Source of the DNA: Pyrolobus fumarii 1A
GTDB taxonomy: Archaea; Thermoproteota; Thermoprotei_A; Sulfolobales; Pyrodictiaceae
Assembly: GCF_000223395.1 (NCBI RefSeq)
Contig: NC_015931.1
Location: 450,001 to 482,000 of the forward strand
Length of the DNA stretch: 32,000 nt
Direction: 5' to 3'
Shown: positions 1 to 8,988 of the stretch, piece by piece
Layout of the letters: the number at the start of each line of letters is the position of its first letter
Position numbering within the stretch: the first letter of the stretch is position 1
Made by a program: the position numbers and the translations under genes
Notes under the pieces: generated by a model
Databases searched by the model: none
What the model saw: only the letters and a program-made list of their open reading frames with translations
What the model was told of the DNA's origin: nothing

Positions 1-165
1 ATAAGGCTGGAAAACATGATAGCCAAAACGCAACCGAATAGAGGCAGGGATAGCGACACAACTAGCCGGGGCATAGCAGTGGACTATAAGGTAACGCCCC
101 GGCCGCCACCCTCTAGGTGCATAGGTTAATGTTGGGGTGCAAATGCACCACAAATATATACTTGT

Positions 166-926
166 GTGTTGACTGCCCTTAACACGGTGTCAACTCCCTT
201 GGAGGATCTTTGTAGGGTTATAGTCGAGGGTTCTAGGCGCTACCGGGCTAGTATGGAGGGGCTAGTCTGGGATCGTATACTCGAGGCTACACCCATACTA
301 CAGTCGTATATACTTCGGGGCTCGGGTCCACGAGGTTACGATGATAACGCCGCCGCGAAGCTACTCTGGGCTAGCCTTGCAGTCTGGGGTAACGTGAGGA
401 GCCTACACGCGTACCAGGAGGATCTCCGCGACTGTGCGCTTGGCCCATGGGTGAGCAGGTACGGTCGCGACCTCATAGCCGAGCTGCGTGGGGGTACCGT
501 TCCGTCGTAGAGAGGCTTGCTGGGCTACCCGAGACGCTCCGACCAGGGGATATCGAGAGTGTCCAGGTAGACCTGGAGAAGCTCTACCAGGCGTTGCTCG
601 GCGTGAGGTGTATAGGGACGACGGCAGCATCGAAGATAATAGCGTTGCTCACGCTCTTTCACATTCCCCCGGTAGACGGCGTGATAGCCGAGTGCGTGAT
701 CGGGAAGAGGGAGCCTAGCAAGCCTAGCGAGTATGTTACCGTTGTAAAGAAGCTAGCCGAGATTCTGGCAGAGTGCATGGAGAGCAGAGAGTTCCTGGTG
801 TATCTTGCAGAGAGGAGGGCGGAGGCGCGCAGCGTCATAGCGGCAAAGCCGTTCAAGATACTCGACGAGGGCCTCTGGTTCACACTGGTCTATGAGAAGA
901 AGCGTGTAGGGGTGTGTAGAGAGTAG
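166..926 (+). pseudogene. Helix-hairpin-helix (HhH-GPD-like) protein whose frame is broken. ORF 166-510 continues in the -1 frame as ORF 447-926, giving about 253 aa if joined
   Basis: The two ORFs overlap on the same strand and switch frame at the G5 run cgtgggggtacc (about 488-499). Reading ..AELRGG then YRSVVERLAG.. makes one continuous protein. The C-terminal part has GVRCIGTTAASKIIALLTLFHIPPVDGV, which resembles the EndoIII-type HhH motif plus a following V-D (LPGVGRKTANVVL...AVDTH). The family assignment is tentative. Confidence 0.4.
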
Positions 927-1002
927 TAAGGGGCATGCTGAGGCTCTTGCCTAACTCTGGGCCCTTGGTCGTCGCTAGGGGGCGCGCTGAGGGTGTGCTC
1001 GC

Positions 1003-1488
1003 CTAGAGTGTGATTGGTTTTGGTGGTGTTCTTGTCGTCTTGTCGCATAGGGTCTCCGCCCTGTTTATCCTCTGCTGCTCTTCGTGCGGGATTGGCGTGT
1101 ATATCGTCGTGTATCCTCTCCTAACCGAGTACATGGCTGCTATTATGGAGGCTAGTTTGCGGCCCCCGGTGACGTCTATTATGGCGTGTTTGGCGCCTCT
1201 CGTTGCCTCCTCTAGCTTCTCGAGGAGCTCGTTTATGCCCTCCTCGTCCGTGACGTCGTCAACCCTCAGCGCGTGCACGTGTATCGTGGTGCTTGGCGCT
1301 AGTGGTGGTTTGTCCGTGCCGGGGCATGGGCAGGTCCTGGCTATCTCTATCGCCTCGTGTACTGGTGCCCGCCTAGTCGCCACGATGTGAACCTCTGTGG
1401 GTGTAGCTGCGTTGGCACGTAGCGCGCAGAGCACCGTGTGGAGGACTCCCGGAGACATCCCGAGTAGCACGACGAGCCTTGTGCCCAC
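1003..1488 (-). CDS. Stand-alone CARF-domain protein (Cas_NE0113-like), a possible cyclic-oligoadenylate sensor or ring nuclease
   Basis: The N-terminal LVVLLGMSPGVLHTVLCAL matches the GxSPxV...AL start of CARF/NE0113-type proteins. The motif IIDVTGGRKLASIIAAM matches the CARF D-x-T-G-G-x-K strand-loop-helix. At 161 aa there is no room for an effector domain. Confidence 0.65.
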   Translation of the reverse strand: MGTRLVVLLGMSPGVLHTVLCALRANAATPTEVHIVATRRAPVHEAIEIARTCPCPGTDKPPLAPSTTIHVHALRVDDVTDEEGINELLEKLEEATRGAKHAIIDVTGGRKLASIIAAMYSVRRGYTTIYTPIPHEEQQRINRAETLCDKTTRTPPKPITL

Positions 1489-1569
1489 GGCGCCGCGCCC
1501 CCGTGGTAGCCTTTAGCGCGTCTCGCGCTTGTTGTGCCCTCTGCCGTGGCGTAGTCGCGCTCTAGATTA

Positions 1570-3252
1570 GTGTGGGTGTCTTTCCCCTCCTGCTCGAGGC
1601 GGGGCTCTGGCTGCATGGAGGGTCATGAGCCTCTCCTGCCTCTCTATGCTGGTGTTGGCGTCGCGGCTGTGAGGGTGTTCGGGTGGAGTGTTGGGGCGGA
1701 TGGCGTCCCGGTCTCTTGGGACCCGTTGGAGTGGATGGCTTGGCTCCGTTGGCCCCGCGAGGCTGTGGAGGCGTTCTCGACGCTCTATGGCCGCGTGTCA
1801 AGCGGGTGCGAGCGTGTCTCCCTGGTCTACCTGGACGCGGGGTCTCGCTCGTCGCCAGAGGCCCGCCGGAGCGTCTTCGCCGTGAAGCTCGCGGTGGTGC
1901 ACCGGGTGTCGGTGGGTGGCGTTGTTGAGGAGCGTGTTGTGCACCCGTTGTTGAGGGGTGAGGGTGGGGCGGGGCTCCCTCTGCTCGTGGGCCGCGGGGG
2001 AGACCGGGCGAGGCAGGCTATCACCTACATTGTGGAGCTCGGGGCTGTCTACTCGCTGCTCCGCGGTGGTTGCGTGCTAGTCCTTAAGCACGGGCCTCTC
2101 GCGCAGCAGCTGCAACAGTACCTGCGGCCCAGCTACGACCTTGACGCTGACGTGCTGCACTCTGCGCTCGTATACTCGGGCGTCGAGCGCGACGAGGCTG
2201 ACGCGATTGTGGATGCGGCTAGGGTTGAGGGTGGGATGGTCAACGCCGGTGTGGCTATACTCGAGCTGCTCTCTCGCATAGCGCGTCTAGCCGCGAGCGA
2301 CGGGTCTGTGGCGGTGGCGGGCGTCACTGAGGACGTGACGGGTAGCCGTGTGCTAGCCTCGAGGCTCCTAGCCGAGGCTGCGAGGGCCGCGCTCGACGCG
2401 TATGAGGGCGGTGTGTTGAAGATCGACGGGCTGCGCTCCACAATCGCTCCGAGGATAGCGAGTCTCGTGAGGCTCGGCCGCGCGGCGCTAGACCGTCTGT
2501 GCGGGGACGGGGGGTGCCTATCCAGGTGCCTGGGCCTAGGCGGCATGGATGACCGGGAGCTGCAGGCGTTTACGGTTGGTCTCGTGGAGGCGCTCCACCG
2601 TAGGCTCTTCTACGAGAGGCAGGTGCCGCTAAGGTCGGCTTCCATTGCTGCGCTCGAGGCGGCGGTATACACGGAGGTTGGCAGGCTCCTCGAGACTAGC
2701 GACGCGTCCATAATCCTCGCTGGGCATTGCCTCGCCGGCCCCATAGCCGTGACGAGAGCCTGGCGTAGGGACGCTCTGCTCGAACTCCTAAAGTGGACCG
2801 TGAGCGACGTTAAGCGCGACGTGAAGAAGGAGCTTTTGACTAGCTTCGCAGACGTGTATGCCTATGTCGTGCCGGGGGATCCGCCTACATGCGCGCGGAT
2901 AGAGGAGCTTCTCGAGTCGAGAGGGTTGGCGGGGAGGGTAGACCCGTGGCTCCTCGTTAGGCTCCAGAGGGTCTACCCGCCGGTCCGCGTCGACACCGTC
3001 GCGCCCAGTGGCGAGGAGGAGGGCGTGGCGCTCGAGAAGCTGAGGGGGCTAGCTGCGCTCGTCTACCTGGCCTCCAGCGTATCCCTCCACGGGTACCCGG
3101 CTGGGCTCCTGGTGGCTGATGCCAGGTCTCGTGTGACGCTAGGCGAGGCGTCTATACTCGAGGAGCTTGCGAGGAGGCTCGCAGAAAGGTTACAGCCCTA
3201 CGCGGCCATCCTAAGACACTGGAGGTTGCGACGAGCAACGGTGGTAGACTAG
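1570..3252 (+). CDS. NurA-like nuclease domain protein (long, divergent). The alternative ATG start at 1615 is plausible
   Basis: This 560-aa ORF ends 2 nt before the HerA-like gene. NurA-like landmarks include LVYLDAGSRSS (N-terminal acidic strand), VLVLKHGPL (position of the DGSL-type motif), VAGVTEDVTGSRVL (GVsKxS-like) and the C-terminal HGYPAGLLVADARSRV (YPyxL..AD/H..aR-like). The motif mapping was done by eye only. Confidence 0.5.
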   Translation: MWVSFPSCSRRGSGCMEGHEPLLPLYAGVGVAAVRVFGWSVGADGVPVSWDPLEWMAWLRWPREAVEAFSTLYGRVSSGCERVSLVYLDAGSRSSPEARRSVFAVKLAVVHRVSVGGVVEERVVHPLLRGEGGAGLPLLVGRGGDRARQAITYIVELGAVYSLLRGGCVLVLKHGPLAQQLQQYLRPSYDLDADVLHSALVYSGVERDEADAIVDAARVEGGMVNAGVAILELLSRIARLAASDGSVAVAGVTEDVTGSRVLASRLLAEAARAALDAYEGGVLKIDGLRSTIAPRIASLVRLGRAALDRLCGDGGCLSRCLGLGGMDDRELQAFTVGLVEALHRRLFYERQVPLRSASIAALEAAVYTEVGRLLETSDASIILAGHCLAGPIAVTRAWRRDALLELLKWTVSDVKRDVKKELLTSFADVYAYVVPGDPPTCARIEELLESRGLAGRVDPWLLVRLQRVYPPVRVDTVAPSGEEEGVALEKLRGLAALVYLASSVSLHGYPAGLLVADARSRVTLGEASILEELARRLAERLQPYAAILRHWRLRRATVVD

Positions 3253-3254
3253 CC

Positions 3255-5288
3255 TTGAGCAATGTACAGCCCATGGGCTACATAGTGAGGCTCTCGAGCT
3301 ACGTGGAGGCGGAGGCCGTGGCGCTGACGCCGCTCGAGGAGAGCCTCCAGAGGGGCCAGATAGTAGAGGTGGTTGACCACAGCCAGGGCGGCGCGAGGTA
3401 CCTCGCGGTCATAACGGACGTCTCGGAGACCGAGCCGCACCCCCTCATAGACCCGGAGGCGTTCCAGGCCCTCCTCCGCGAGGCTAGAGCCGAGCACGTT
3501 GATACGACCGAGCTCCTCCGCGCGATGCTCGACCCCACGAGCCCCTTCCGCTTCGCCACAACAGTCCACCTCAGGCTACGCCTCCTAGGCAGGTTGGTGG
3601 GCGACGCACTCGGGGATATCGGCAGGCCGCCTAGACCCAGGTCCACCATCCACCTGCCCGAGGCGGGCCTACTAGAGCAGCTCCTCTGCCCTAACCGCCC
3701 CAGTGTGGTCCCCATAGGGAGGCTCTCGCTGAGGAGCGACGTGAGAGTCTGCATAGACCTCGATAGGCTCAACACGCACATGGCGGTCCTCGGGCAGACG
3801 GGGTCGGGGAAGACGGAGACCGTCAAGAGGCTCGTCTACGAGACTATACGCTCGTGGCTGGCGCGGGGCACCCCACGCCGAGGAGTCATCGTGATGGACG
3901 TCGCAGGGGAGTATACGGGCTACCCCTACCGCCCGCCGAGCGCCACACCCCTCCTCGAGGCCCTGGCGCGCCACGGTATACAGCCGCGCCTCACGATAAT
4001 CGTGCCCTTCGACCCGCTCTACGCGCACCCTGCTCTCGTCGAGGCCGGAGTAGCCGAGCTGGCAGGGAGGCTCTCGAGGCTATACCGTGGAGCCCGCGCG
4101 GCGGGCGTAGTCCTCCACGCGAGGAGCCCGACAGCCACGCTGGTACACCCGCCGCCGCGCACCGAGCTAACCCCCGCCGAGCTCCAAGCCCTCCTCGCCA
4201 CCGCCGAGATGCTCGTAGTGGCGGCGCCGCTGCCCGACACGCTACCCCTGGGCCTCCTCCTCGAGCTCGGCGCGTTCAACGAGGACGCGGAGTACACGGC
4301 TGCCCTACACGAGGCCCTAGAGGAGCTAGAGGAGTATAACATCGTGTCGTCGGTTACGCTGCTAAGCGAGCTGGCTAGGATAGCTGTCGACGCCCGCCCC
4401 CGCAGCAGAGACTTCACATACCCCACGAGCATAGACACAACCTCCATATGCAGCGCCGCCGACGAGGCCCAACTGCTGAACGCGATAAGGTCGCAGCTGT
4501 CCATGGCCATAGGGGCTGACCCTCAGAGCCTAGCCGGTACTAGGCTACAGGAGCCCAGCGTGTGGGTATCGAGGCTGACTGGCGACTACCTCGACCCAAG
4601 CCTAGAGGCCCTGAGGGCGACATGCGCCTCGAGCCCGGGGCGCATACGCGAGAGGCTCTTGGGCGTGGCGCGAGCCGCCTACCGCATAGCGAGGAGCGAC
4701 GTGAGATCCAGGAAGGCGCTCTACAGGAGGCTCTCTAGGATAGCCAGGGTAGCGTCACCCGCCCTCAACCCGCTCGCGGCTAGACTCATAGCCTGGAGGG
4801 TCTACAACGGCTTCACGATACTCCACCTGGCGCCGCCCTCAGTAGGCGGCGTCAACCACCCGCTCGTAACCTGGCTCCTCAACGAGGTGTTCGAGGAGGC
4901 TGTTAGGGGCTACACGCTCGACCAGAGGATGCTCGTTGTCGTAGAGGAGGCTCACAACCTGGCACCGTCACGCGAGGACACCTTCTCCAAGAGGATGTTG
5001 GTCAGGTACGCGAGGGAGGGGAGAAAGTGGGGACTAGGCCTCGTGATAGTCACGCAGAGGCCGGTCGGCGTAGACCCCACCATACTCAGCCAAACAGCCA
5101 CACTAGTAGCACTCCGCATGACAAACCCGGAGGACATCCAGGCGGTGAAAAGCAGCGTCGAGAGCGCCACAGCAGAACTCGTCGAGAGACTACCAGACCT
5201 AGACCGCGGCGAGGCACTAGCCTCGGGCAACGCGCTACCAGAACGCCGCATACCACTCCTAGCCAGGATAGACATGGTCGGCCACTAG
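3255..5288 (+). CDS. HerA/DUF87-type hexameric ATPase (FtsK-HerA superfamily)
   Basis: Walker A is VLGQTGSGKTETVKRL (about 3793-3816). Walker B is MLVVVEEAHNLAP (about 4931-4960), followed by REGRKWGLGLVIVTQRP. The N-terminus looks like a HAS barrel (GYIVRL...GQIVEV...YLAVITDV). The stretch between Walker A and B is unusually long, about 370 aa. The TTG at 3255 or the ATG at 3273 could be the start. Confidence 0.8.
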   Translation: MSNVQPMGYIVRLSSYVEAEAVALTPLEESLQRGQIVEVVDHSQGGARYLAVITDVSETEPHPLIDPEAFQALLREARAEHVDTTELLRAMLDPTSPFRFATTVHLRLRLLGRLVGDALGDIGRPPRPRSTIHLPEAGLLEQLLCPNRPSVVPIGRLSLRSDVRVCIDLDRLNTHMAVLGQTGSGKTETVKRLVYETIRSWLARGTPRRGVIVMDVAGEYTGYPYRPPSATPLLEALARHGIQPRLTIIVPFDPLYAHPALVEAGVAELAGRLSRLYRGARAAGVVLHARSPTATLVHPPPRTELTPAELQALLATAEMLVVAAPLPDTLPLGLLLELGAFNEDAEYTAALHEALEELEEYNIVSSVTLLSELARIAVDARPRSRDFTYPTSIDTTSICSAADEAQLLNAIRSQLSMAIGADPQSLAGTRLQEPSVWVSRLTGDYLDPSLEALRATCASSPGRIRERLLGVARAAYRIARSDVRSRKALYRRLSRIARVASPALNPLAARLIAWRVYNGFTILHLAPPSVGGVNHPLVTWLLNEVFEEAVRGYTLDQRMLVVVEEAHNLAPSREDTFSKRMLVRYAREGRKWGLGLVIVTQRPVGVDPTILSQTATLVALRMTNPEDIQAVKSSVESATAELVERLPDLDRGEALASGNALPERRIPLLARIDMVGH

Positions 5289-5518
5289 CCCCGCAAGTTC
5301 AGAAACACCGATCCTTATGCTAGTCGAGCTGGGCGGCGCAGCAAGCTATCCAGGCGTGCTCACAGATATGCAGGAACAACGATACGATGCTAATATGGGC
5401 ATGGGGGGCGGAGGCCACGACTATGCCCGTGTCCAGATAGAAACGGTAACCATGTAGAAAGCCATATGCATGAGAGCCCGTGCAGCACTACCTAACCTGG
5501 CTGGTGATCGCTTCCTCT

Positions 5519-6694
5519 TCAGGGTTTGTGCCCATGCAGCTTGGCCACGGCTTCCTGGTATACCCTGTGCGGGTCTAGATCGAGGAGAGTCTCTACACCC
5601 TCCCGGTATCCCAGCTCTATCACCGTACGGTAGACTGGGTATTGGGGCTTGTAGCGTATGCCGTCGCGCCCCCGCGGGTACACCGGATAAACTATGTTGT
5701 AGGTTGTGAGTATCTGGCCTAGTGCGTGTAAGTGTGGCTCGCGGAGAGGCGCGATGTCGTTGTTTATGAGTTCGTAGGCTAGTCTTATCACTTCTCGCGG
5801 CTCAAGCTCACGGCGGAAGATCTCCGCGCTTAGCACGTTCCTAGCCCGGCTGAGCCCAGTCTCAACCTCCGCTATCCACATTGGCACACGTTCCTCCACC
5901 ACTGTGTTTCTGTCGAGCATGCACAACTCGGGCAGGTAGCCAGGCGTCCCGCCCACAAGACCCAGCACCTCGTCCACATCTACACCGCAGCTTTTCAAGC
6001 TCACATACTCCTTGTAGAGAGCCCTGAAATGATCGACATCCAGATGCTCGACTAGCATCCATGCCGTGGAGTACCCGTGGAGCTTTGACAAGACGAGGTC
6101 TGTAGCCGTGAAACCCTCGCTTACAGTTAACACTATAGTGATGTTCGAGTAGTGCGGATCCTTTGCTAGTAGGCCTGCGAGAGCCTCCAGGTCGTCAAGA
6201 GCATCGAGGTACTTGCTCGCCGGGTCGCTTTTATGCATGTAGCGGGGCAGCAGGTGGAACTCGTCTATAAAGAGGATTATCCGCGTGGAGGCATACTCGC
6301 GGATAACGTCTATGAGTACATCGATGGCATGGTATGTCAGCTGGAGTAGCCCAGTAGACCTATCGTCGAGGTCTTTGAGAACTTCCAGAAGCCGCTCGGC
6401 TAGATTCTTTTTATCGACTAGTAGACCTCTCGTCTCAAGCGCCCTGACAAGATGCTGACCCCGGAGCCGACGCGCATCCACGTACACGGCTGCTATGCGG
6501 CCACGCTCTTGTAGCCCCCGGAGCCAGTACCGTACGAGCTCGCTCTTCCCGACGCCACGCGGCCCATAGACTATAACCGTCCTATGAGAGAAGACGAGTT
6601 TATCCAGCCTCTCGAGCTCCACGAGCCTATCGTAGAAGGCTGTGCCCAGCCCCGTACGGTAACCCCGATCAACATACACCGCTACCATCTCCAC
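5519..6694 (-). CDS. Archaeal AAA+ ATPase (Arch_ATPase/PF01637-like, with a C-terminal DUF234-type winged helix)
   Basis: The N-terminus reads FYDRLVELERLDKLV...VIVYGPRGVGKSELV (Walker A). ILFIDEFHLL is Walker B. The length of 391 aa is typical of the family. Confidence 0.8.
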   Translation of the reverse strand: MEMVAVYVDRGYRTGLGTAFYDRLVELERLDKLVFSHRTVIVYGPRGVGKSELVRYWLRGLQERGRIAAVYVDARRLRGQHLVRALETRGLLVDKKNLAERLLEVLKDLDDRSTGLLQLTYHAIDVLIDVIREYASTRIILFIDEFHLLPRYMHKSDPASKYLDALDDLEALAGLLAKDPHYSNITIVLTVSEGFTATDLVLSKLHGYSTAWMLVEHLDVDHFRALYKEYVSLKSCGVDVDEVLGLVGGTPGYLPELCMLDRNTVVEERVPMWIAEVETGLSRARNVLSAEIFRRELEPREVIRLAYELINNDIAPLREPHLHALGQILTTYNIVYPVYPRGRDGIRYKPQYPVYRTVIELGYREGVETLLDLDPHRVYQEAVAKLHGHKP

Positions 6695-6850
6695 GGGTTT
6701 TACGCCGCCCCGGCAGCGTATAAGACAGTGTGAGTATGCCCGTCTACCACTGCAGCCCCACAGCTACAACAATGGAACGATTACTTGGGGGTGCCTTGCC
6801 AGGTTTACCGCGTGAGCATTCGCCCTGACCTAGCGCTGCCCTCCTAGAGG

Positions 6851-7006
6851 CTACCTGAGATAGACTCGAGCTATACCACGAGAGTGGACGACAACCCTTC
6901 CCTCTAGGTGGTCATCCCTCAGCCTCACAGCGTGCTCAGAGTACGCCTCGGGGATAACCCACTTTATGATCACACTCGCATCGGCTACAACAGGCTTAGC
7001 GCGCAT
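6851..7006 (-). pseudogene. vapC: Truncated VapC-like PIN toxin (only about 51 codons remain)
   Basis: My own translation of the minus strand gives MRAKPVVADASVIIKWVIPEAYSEHAVRLRDDHLEGRVVVHSRGIARVYLR*. The ATG overlaps the VapB stop (gatgcgcgctaa). VVADASVII is the first PIN acidic motif. Intact VapC proteins are about 130 aa, and the rest of the domain is missing or frameshifted. Confidence 0.45.
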
Positions 7007-7220
7007 CCCTATCCTCCCTTACAAACTCGGCAGCAAGGTTGCCCTCCACCCGGCCTATACTCCGCCGGAGCCTCTCCATCTCATCTCTAAGCCTACGCGC
7101 CTTCTCCCTCCTGACAAGCTCCTCTAGGAACTCCCTAACAGCCGCAGAGTAGTTTATACCGAGCCTCTCCAGCTCCTCCTTAAGCCTCCTTGGCACCCTC
7201 ACACTAATGACGACACTCAC
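6996..7220 (-). CDS. vapB: Ribbon-helix-helix (CopG/VapB-like) antitoxin
   Basis: MSVVISVRVPRRLKEELERLGINYSAAVREFLEELV is a typical RHH N-terminus. The protein is 74 aa and is translationally coupled to the downstream PIN remnant. Confidence 0.7.
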   Translation of the reverse strand: MSVVISVRVPRRLKEELERLGINYSAAVREFLEELVRREKARRLRDEMERLRRSIGRVEGNLAAEFVREDRDAR

Positions 7221-7452
7221 ACGTCAACACCCACGTATACACGCACTGTAAACAGTAAAACGCTTACCTCGCAGCAGGTCGCCACGCCACTCCAAGAGCC
7301 TCAGAGGCCACGGAGTCTCGTCCTACAAGGCAGGGCGGCAATTGCCGCTCGCTGCCCACGGAGGAGTGTGCGCTGCCAGCCGGTTCTCTTCGACACGAAT
7401 ACCTTCCTAGGCCAAGGCGCTACCTGACCGGATGTCCGCCTGGTTCCCCCGG

Positions 7453-8988
7453 CTAGCTCGTATGCTTCCGCGTCTTGATCTTGAACTTCTCGAGGTGTAT
7501 GCCTATAGTCTGCCAGGCGTTGGTGCCTCTTAGCATACCGCGCGTCTTCTCGGCTAGGCACGCTACGTGGAGTAGGGCGTATGCTGCTCTAGCGGCTCTC
7601 GCCCTAACGTCTATCTCGTCCCATCTCCACGGCTCGAGGCTTTGCCTGGCGGAGAGCACTCTCGTTATCTTGGAGGAGGGGTGGCTCCGCCATAGCGTGT
7701 ATGCCCCGGTGTCCTCGGTTACCAGTGTATACTTCTCGAGTATCAGGGGATCCATTCTTATCATCGCTGTGTCGGCTGGCGGCGGGTCGCTTGGCAGCAC
7801 AGGGGTCGTGGCCTGAAGCTCTCGTAGTAGCACGCCGGCTACTATCCTGCGTAGCACCTTCTCGGGGTCTCGGAGCCCAGCGTTCCTCTTGAGAGCCTCG
7901 GCTAGGCTCCTCTCTATCTCTGCCACGACGGCCCACGGTAGGGCTATGGATGCGCCCATTAGAGCCTCTATGTGCACCCCCTTGTAGACTAGGTTGGCGT
8001 CTACCAGCAGCCTATCACCCAGCGTGTAGAGCAGTGCCTCTCCGCGTCCATCCTCGCTCCCGGCTAGCCACCAGTAGAGGCCAGACGCCTCTGCGAGGGC
8101 GCGCACAACGAGGCCTGGTATCCCCTTGTCGCTCGAGGCTAGCTTCCCGGCATCCTCTGCCGCCTTCACCCAGCTCTCGGGTTTGCACCAGTCGTCCACG
8201 GTTATCTCTCCGAGGGGCGTCTCCAAGCTGAGCACGCACGGCGTACACTCGGCCCTGTCATAATCGTACCTGGCGGTGCCGCTGCACTCGATGTTCACCT
8301 GGAGGGCCTTGACGGCTATGCATGCGCGTAGGCTACCAGCCTCTACACCCACAGACTCTAGCAGCTCCCTCACCCTCAGCTTCCTCAACCATTTTGGCGC
8401 CTCGCGCCCCCTGGGAGGCTCCCACACCGGGTGTATGACGTAGAGGGGCTCGAGGGGCCTGGGTACGAGCGGGTAGGGTAGCCCAGTCCAAGGCCCCCAC
8501 CAGAAGTCCAGGTGGACCACGTTCGCCTCCGAGCCCTCGACGGACCCCGGCGTTACGCTCGCCAACGCGAGGGCAGCCGCGAGCCTCCTAGACCCGGGCG
8601 AGGTGCAGGACACTACACGCGGGAACCTGGCCGCGAGGTACTCTACAAGCCTCCTAGCAGCTCTCTCCAGGATACCGGGCGCGTCGCTAACCTCCACAAT
8701 AACGCCGGGGATGGCCACACCGGCATCGCTAACCACGCGCAGCGCACGCTCAGAGTCCGGCCTCGTCCTCGGAGTCGCCAGCACAACTACACCATCAACG
8801 CCATACTCCTCCGCCAGTCTCAGTATACACGAGATGAAGGAGAGCCTTGACTCCCTACCGACACACCCAGCCGCAACAGCCACAACACTAGCCCCACCCA
8901 ACACCGAGCCGATCACAGCCTCCGCGTCGCGCGGCAATCTCCCAGTCTCAACACCATCGAGGCTAGACACTCTAACTACACTCGCCAA
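7453..8988 (-). CDS. 511-aa protein with an N-terminal CARF-like Rossmann domain and a C-terminal PIN-like nuclease domain
   Basis: The N-terminal layout parallels the CARF at 1003-1488: VVAVAAGC..SFISCILRL..VVVLATPRT...EVSDAPGILERAARRLVEYLAARFPRVVSCTSPGSRRLAAALALA versus LVVLLGMSPGV...DDVTDEEGINELLEKLEEAT..AIIDVTGGRKLASIIAAM. The C-terminus carries PIN-type acidic residues in order: LLVDANLVYKG, AVVAEIERS, PADTAMIRMD, LVTEDTGA. The start is a TTG at 8988. Confidence 0.5.
   Translation of the reverse strand: MASVVRVSSLDGVETGRLPRDAEAVIGSVLGGASVVAVAAGCVGRESRLSFISCILRLAEEYGVDGVVVLATPRTRPDSERALRVVSDAGVAIPGVIVEVSDAPGILERAARRLVEYLAARFPRVVSCTSPGSRRLAAALALASVTPGSVEGSEANVVHLDFWWGPWTGLPYPLVPRPLEPLYVIHPVWEPPRGREAPKWLRKLRVRELLESVGVEAGSLRACIAVKALQVNIECSGTARYDYDRAECTPCVLSLETPLGEITVDDWCKPESWVKAAEDAGKLASSDKGIPGLVVRALAEASGLYWWLAGSEDGRGEALLYTLGDRLLVDANLVYKGVHIEALMGASIALPWAVVAEIERSLAEALKRNAGLRDPEKVLRRIVAGVLLRELQATTPVLPSDPPPADTAMIRMDPLILEKYTLVTEDTGAYTLWRSHPSSKITRVLSARQSLEPWRWDEIDVRARAARAAYALLHVACLAEKTRGMLRGTNAWQTIGIHLEKFKIKTRKHTS

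Noticed and set aside
136-160. A palindrome, GGTGCAaaTGCACC, is followed by the TATA-like aaatatata immediately upstream of the 166 GTG.
   Set aside because: The TATA-like element is only about 6 nt from the proposed start codon. That is too close for a standard archaeal promoter-to-start spacing unless the true start is further downstream. I cannot decide from sequence alone.
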